Source: Amphiscolops sp. MND2022
Lineage: Eukaryota
Reading direction: 5' to 3'
Length of the DNA stretch: 64,000 bases
Assembly (NCBI GenBank): GCA_964187785.1
Contig: OZ076418.1
Span: forward strand, 15,748,001 to 15,812,000
Each line of letters opens with the position of its first letter. Position 1 is the stretch's first letter. The position numbers and the translations under genes are program-made. This document shows positions 60,301-64,000 of this stretch, piece by piece. The notes beneath the pieces are model-generated. The model made no database searches and was not told the origin of the DNA. It saw nothing but the letters and a program-made list of their open reading frames with translations.

Positions 60301-63101
60301 AGAGATATTAGCCCGGGTAGTGGGCAACATTTCACGGGCAGCCGGGACGATGACGGCGGAAGTGGAGCAAGCGGGTATTTTGTCAAGTCGAATGACAGTT
60401 ATGATAACTACACAAAAGACGGCAGTAACGTGAAAACAGCGTCACTGGATGAAACGCCTTTCTCTCAAGGATCCCAAGGTCCGCCAAACGAAGCACCTGG
60501 AACTTCGCAGCCGATACAAGTTGCAAACACGTCGACAGACCGAAATCAAGTTATGAGTTATGACTCGCCTTTCGCGACCGAAGACGAAGGAAGTCAAAGT
60601 CCCAATAAACGGGATTCAGTTGAAAAGAACCCCATAGTCGATTACAACGATTTGAAAAGTAACGAAGAGTTATTGACGGAGGTGATTATGAGGACCAGTA
60701 TTACCAGAGATGTCGTCATCGATAGGATGAAAGAACAGGTTACGGATACAGGACTTCCACCTGTATCACATGTGTCTGAAGAAAGCGGCACTGTCCCTGG
60801 ATCCATGCCTCCAGGGTCCGTACCTGGATCCACACCAAGGTCTGGCCCTGGATCCGGCCCCGGAATGGGACCCGAGTCGGGATCCATGCCTCCAGGGTCC
60901 GTACCTGAATCTACGCCCAGGTCTGGTCCTGGAATGGGACCCGAGTCGGGATCCATGCCTGGGTCTATGCCTCCAGGCTCCGTACCTGAATCTACACCCA
61001 GGTCTGGTCCTGCAACCGGCCCCGGAACTGGACCTGAATCGCAATCAATTCCAGGAGCTTCGACCCCTATAGTATCTGATACGCCAAGAGATGGACAACT
61101 ATACAATACAGCTGACTTCCAAAGAGACGAGCCTTATATTTTCATGACTGTTGATGACATGGAGGTTTGTCCAGTTGAGATGAAGGCGAAGAGGAAGCTA
61201 AAAACAAGTAATCATTTGAAGTGTATCGAGCGTATAATCTTTCACGAACTGATTGAGCTTGATTCCTGCGACTTGCGAGGCGATGCTAAACTTCGGTCTT
61301 TTGTATTGGGCTTCATAGGGCATGATAACTTGAAACAAGCTTTGTTGAGTCGTGGAGGTATCTATGGACTGATGGAGTTCTTAGACAAAGATACAGTGAA
61401 CCAAGAGTTGGTGCAAAGTCTGCAAAGAGCTCAACAACACGCACATCATTACTCCGAGCATGTTCAGAGCTACAATGATACCTTGAGAAAAATGAGTTCT
61501 CAGGGAACCATGGGCAGCAGTGTAGCAGTGCACTCCCAAGACAGTAGGGGCGGTGATGCTGCCTCAGCTAATCAATCTAATGGCATGGGACCTTTCTGGA
61601 ACCCAACGCGACATGGGCGAACCTCAAGTTTAAAACGAGGGTCCACTAACACACTTCAAACAAGGTCACAAAGTTCTCGGAATTCCGCTGTAAATTCAAA
61701 GGCAAGTACTCAAAACATGCCAAGAACTCATCACGTGCAAAAGTCGATGCCAGCCGCATCAAATCCTTCAATGATGTCTCAGTCTACAGCTAGAAGTCAG
61801 GGTTGGAAAGTTTCCGACAACAACAGCAACAACAAAGTGAAGAGATCCCCTTACACACAACAACTTCCTAGGAACCAGAGGGCGCCTCCTGGTAGGCAGT
61901 CTGTACCTCAACGTCCCGCCGCAAGGGGACGCGGAGGCTATGGGCCTCCAAGGGCCCCTGGATCCAGGTCTGGGTCTATTGCTGGATCCGTGGCTCGAGG
62001 AAGACGAAAATCGTCAAAGACACAGAATCAACAACCTCAGAAAAGGCCTCAACAGAGTCAACAGCCGCCGTATCAACAGCAACATATACAACAAAACCAA
62101 AGTGCCCAAAGACAAAACCAACGGCAATCACAACAACAAAATTATCAGCAGCAACAGATGGACAGAAAAGATAGCAGAAATTCTGCTTATACGAAATCGT
62201 CAGACGCAAGGATGTCCAAAAAAGATCTGGACACTTCACTGGATATCGAAACTCCGGCCGGTGTCTCAATCGACATGAACAGTTTCCCAGAAGACACGTT
62301 CGATTCCGGGGATAATCCGGTTTTCCTCAAGTTCGGCAAAGACGAAGCGAACAAAAACTTGCAGAGCATTCAATACATGCAGAAAAACTACACGAAAAAG
62401 AGCTTCCAAAAACAGTTTTTATCTCCAAGAAGTTACATGTCCGAGAAGTTCTCAGAAGCTTGTTCTTTGCAGGCTGTTTCAGATTCATTTTCTATATCAC
62501 CTCGAAATCAGTCCCCCGAAAGGCTAGCAATCAATTTACATTTACAGTTGCATACAATTAGGCTATTTTTATATTAAAAGTAAATTCAATAGGGCTTTTG
62601 TCAAACATTTTTATTGAGTTTCATACAAACGTACAATTCTCGACTTGTTAGAAATTTCAAAACGCTCCTAACAATTGAGAATTCATCAAGAACAAGATAT
62701 AACTCTTCGTATATTCTCCATAAAACTTTTTTGGACAATCAACTCTTGAAACACCAATAAAAAAGGAACATTTTCCAGGTACAACAGCAACCAAAGACAA
62801 AATTCCCAACAACAACAACAACACGAGACCCAAAACCAACAAGATCAGAACGAAGACGCCACTCTGAAGTTTGAGGCGTACAAGTACTTCATCAGGGCAC
62901 TGTTTTCCCGCCTTTTTGGGCCCGGGTCTTCCGAGACACAGCAGAGGTTCAGCAGAATGTGGAGAAGTTCCATGTCAGGACATGAAGGAAATACCAAGAG
63001 AAACAAAGAAGAAACGAAGCGGATGATTGAACATTTGCTGAGGATTCAAATCCACCGAGAGATCTATGACGTCTTCTGGGATTCCATTGGTCTCAGTCAG
63101 G
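45325..63101 (+). CDS. Multi-exon host gene, at least 17 exons, about 1700 aa modelled; large low-complexity protein of unknown identity (incomplete at both ends)
   Basis: Phase-compatible chain: 45325-45459, 45730-45825, 46693-46726, 47239-47470, 47972-48123, 48517-48667, 49065-49153, 49770-49878, 50732-50863, 51530-51778, 53345-53467, 54203-54679, 57640-57760, 58439-58640, 59282-59507, 60275-62522, 62779-63101. Exons are GC-rich against AT-rich introns. Some donors are GC. Confidence 0.72.
46140..46330 (+). mobile_element. tRNA-derived SINE with a quadruplicated 19-bp 5' end
   Basis: GGGGGAGCATGGCGTAGT(T/A) x3, then GGGGGAGCATGGCGTAGTGGTTAGAGC..CAGGTTCGAATC..GTCCTTAAGCAAGTCCTT. A second body-like motif TGTGACCTTGAGCAAGTCACTT lies at about 46392-46413. 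Confidence 0.7.
51962..52551. mobile_element. Tc1/mariner-type MITE with long imperfect TIRs and TA TSD
   Basis: TA-CAGTAGCGCTCTAAAATATCGC.. and ..GCGATATTTTAGAACGCTACAG-TA; inverted similarity continues inward. A related end lies at about 63274. Confidence 0.7.
54500..54650 (+). repeat. 24-bp coding tandem repeat (AQPDT[H/Q]PF) in a host exon
   Basis: GCTCAACCAGATACCCAACCGTTT, about 6 copies. Confidence 0.9.
55459..55722 (-). CDS. Small secreted-protein ORF nested antisense in a host intron; C-type-lectin-like N-terminal motif
   Basis: Signal-peptide-like MNKTQSIWVVLLIFTFIVAYQ; CPEEFTDYSNIGGYCFYLEERQTRLFEKCLKTF resembles the CTLD start CP.GW..F.G.CY.F; TATA-like TTTATATAA at 55776-55784. 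Confidence 0.45.
   Translation of the reverse strand: MNKTQSIWVVLLIFTFIVAYQTTPILSTSNSQNDTTINNGYTAESCPEEFTDYSNIGGYCFYLEERQTRLFEKCLKTFYGIPENVGG
56870..57180. repeat. Dispersed interspersed repeat family
   Basis: TTTTCGGCA(T/C)TGTGCGACTTTTT and AAAGGGTCCCCCTTT motifs recur at about 53830, 56930, 57055 and 60080, and in reverse at about 44050-44150. Confidence 0.6.
59503..59758. repeat. 51-52-bp minisatellite x5 starting at a splice donor
   Basis: ACCAGGTT-like unit starts at 59503, 59555, 59607, 59658 and 59709. Confidence 0.85.
59843..59986. repeat. Perfect inverted repeat, 57-bp arms with a 30-nt spacer
   Basis: 59843-59899 is the exact reverse complement of 59930-59986. Confidence 0.95.
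60790..61040 (+). repeat. Coding repeat (GSMPPGSVP[G/E]STPRSGPG) x3 in the large host exon
   Basis: Visible in the ORF 60214..62577 translation and in the DNA. Confidence 0.85.
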
Positions 63102-64000
63102 GTTGGAAAAACCTTTTTACTCTTTACTCAGATTGGTCAAGTATTGTCGCATAATACCAACAGAAAAAAGTTGATCTCACAAAAAAGGCTTCGTTATAAA
63201 TTTGGGACGTTGTTGACACTGATTAATTTCAGTACATGTTATGTTGAATTGAAAAAAAGCTTTACTTGAGACGTAAAGTAGCGTTCTAAAATATAGCAAC
63301 TCCATTGCTTGAAATATCAAAATTCAACAAAAGTTTCTTAGAATTTCATCTAGTTTATGAAAAGGTTTCTTTGAAAATTCTACGACTTATATCGAGAAAG
63401 TTGGAAAATGTTTCGGAAACTTTAATTGAAATTTGAGTTTGTTTTCAAAAATTGACTCGCTTGAAATGAATTTTCGGAATTTTTTTATTCGGAGACTCTA
63501 TAATCTCCGAACATACTGAATTGTCTTGAGAATTGGTCCGAAATCAGAAAAAATATCCTCTATTTTATGCACATGAACACTGCAATACATCTCTGGTTGA
63601 AACTGCGTTTACAAGTTTTTTGTTGGTCACCAAGCTACTTTTTTCATGATTTTATAAAATTCTTAGGAAAACTGCCATGCATTAATATTTCTTGGATGGA
63701 ATCTAATTTTATCAAGCTGCCTACAAGCTGCATCCTAAATTTGGCGGGAAATTTCGAGCTGCGAAGTTTTGCAGGTTTCTTTACAAAGCAGCCCTATTTT
63801 GAAAGCAGCAGAGACAGTTCAGTCAAAGTATTAGTTTGAAAGTAGCGTCATATTCAACGTGCTTTTTGACTAACGGTGATTACATAAATTACTACTTACT
63901 TGAAAAACGAGCGTGAAAACAAAGTGATCGCGACGGCGAAGAAGTGGAAATGTTTTCAGTTTTCACTGAAATAGAGAAAGCTGCATTGTAATCCTACACA

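Overview
Repeat-rich, intron-rich eukaryotic (probably invertebrate animal) genomic DNA; the species cannot be determined from the sequence. Bases 1-40,400 are mostly transposable elements around a minus-strand Na+/Ca2+ exchanger (NCX/SLC8) first coding exon (8822-9042). They include the 5' part of a Ty3/Gypsy element (1-4373), a 1.4-kb solo LTR (6397-7803) and a three-level nest: Tc1 (10809-22153) > old Gypsy (11195-21286) > young, internally deleted BEL/Pao element (14719-19826). The main find is a complete 15.9-kb Ty3/Gypsy element (24447-40360, minus strand, 1546-bp LTRs, GTGAC TSD) with unusual architecture. Its gag starts about 190 codons inside the LTR and is read through the PBS. A 351-aa extra sense ORF ends inside the 3' LTR. 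A six-exon, about 1055-aa ANTISENSE gene sits between pol and that ORF; it has a BED/TTF-like zinc finger and what looks like a catalytically altered hAT-transposase fold (inference). Bases 42,200-63,100 hold a plus-strand host gene with at least 17 phase-compatible exons encoding a large, mostly low-complexity protein of unknown identity. Its introns contain SINEs, MITEs, a perfect 57-bp-arm hairpin and a small nested secreted-protein ORF. All alignments and counts were done by eye; no database search was run.
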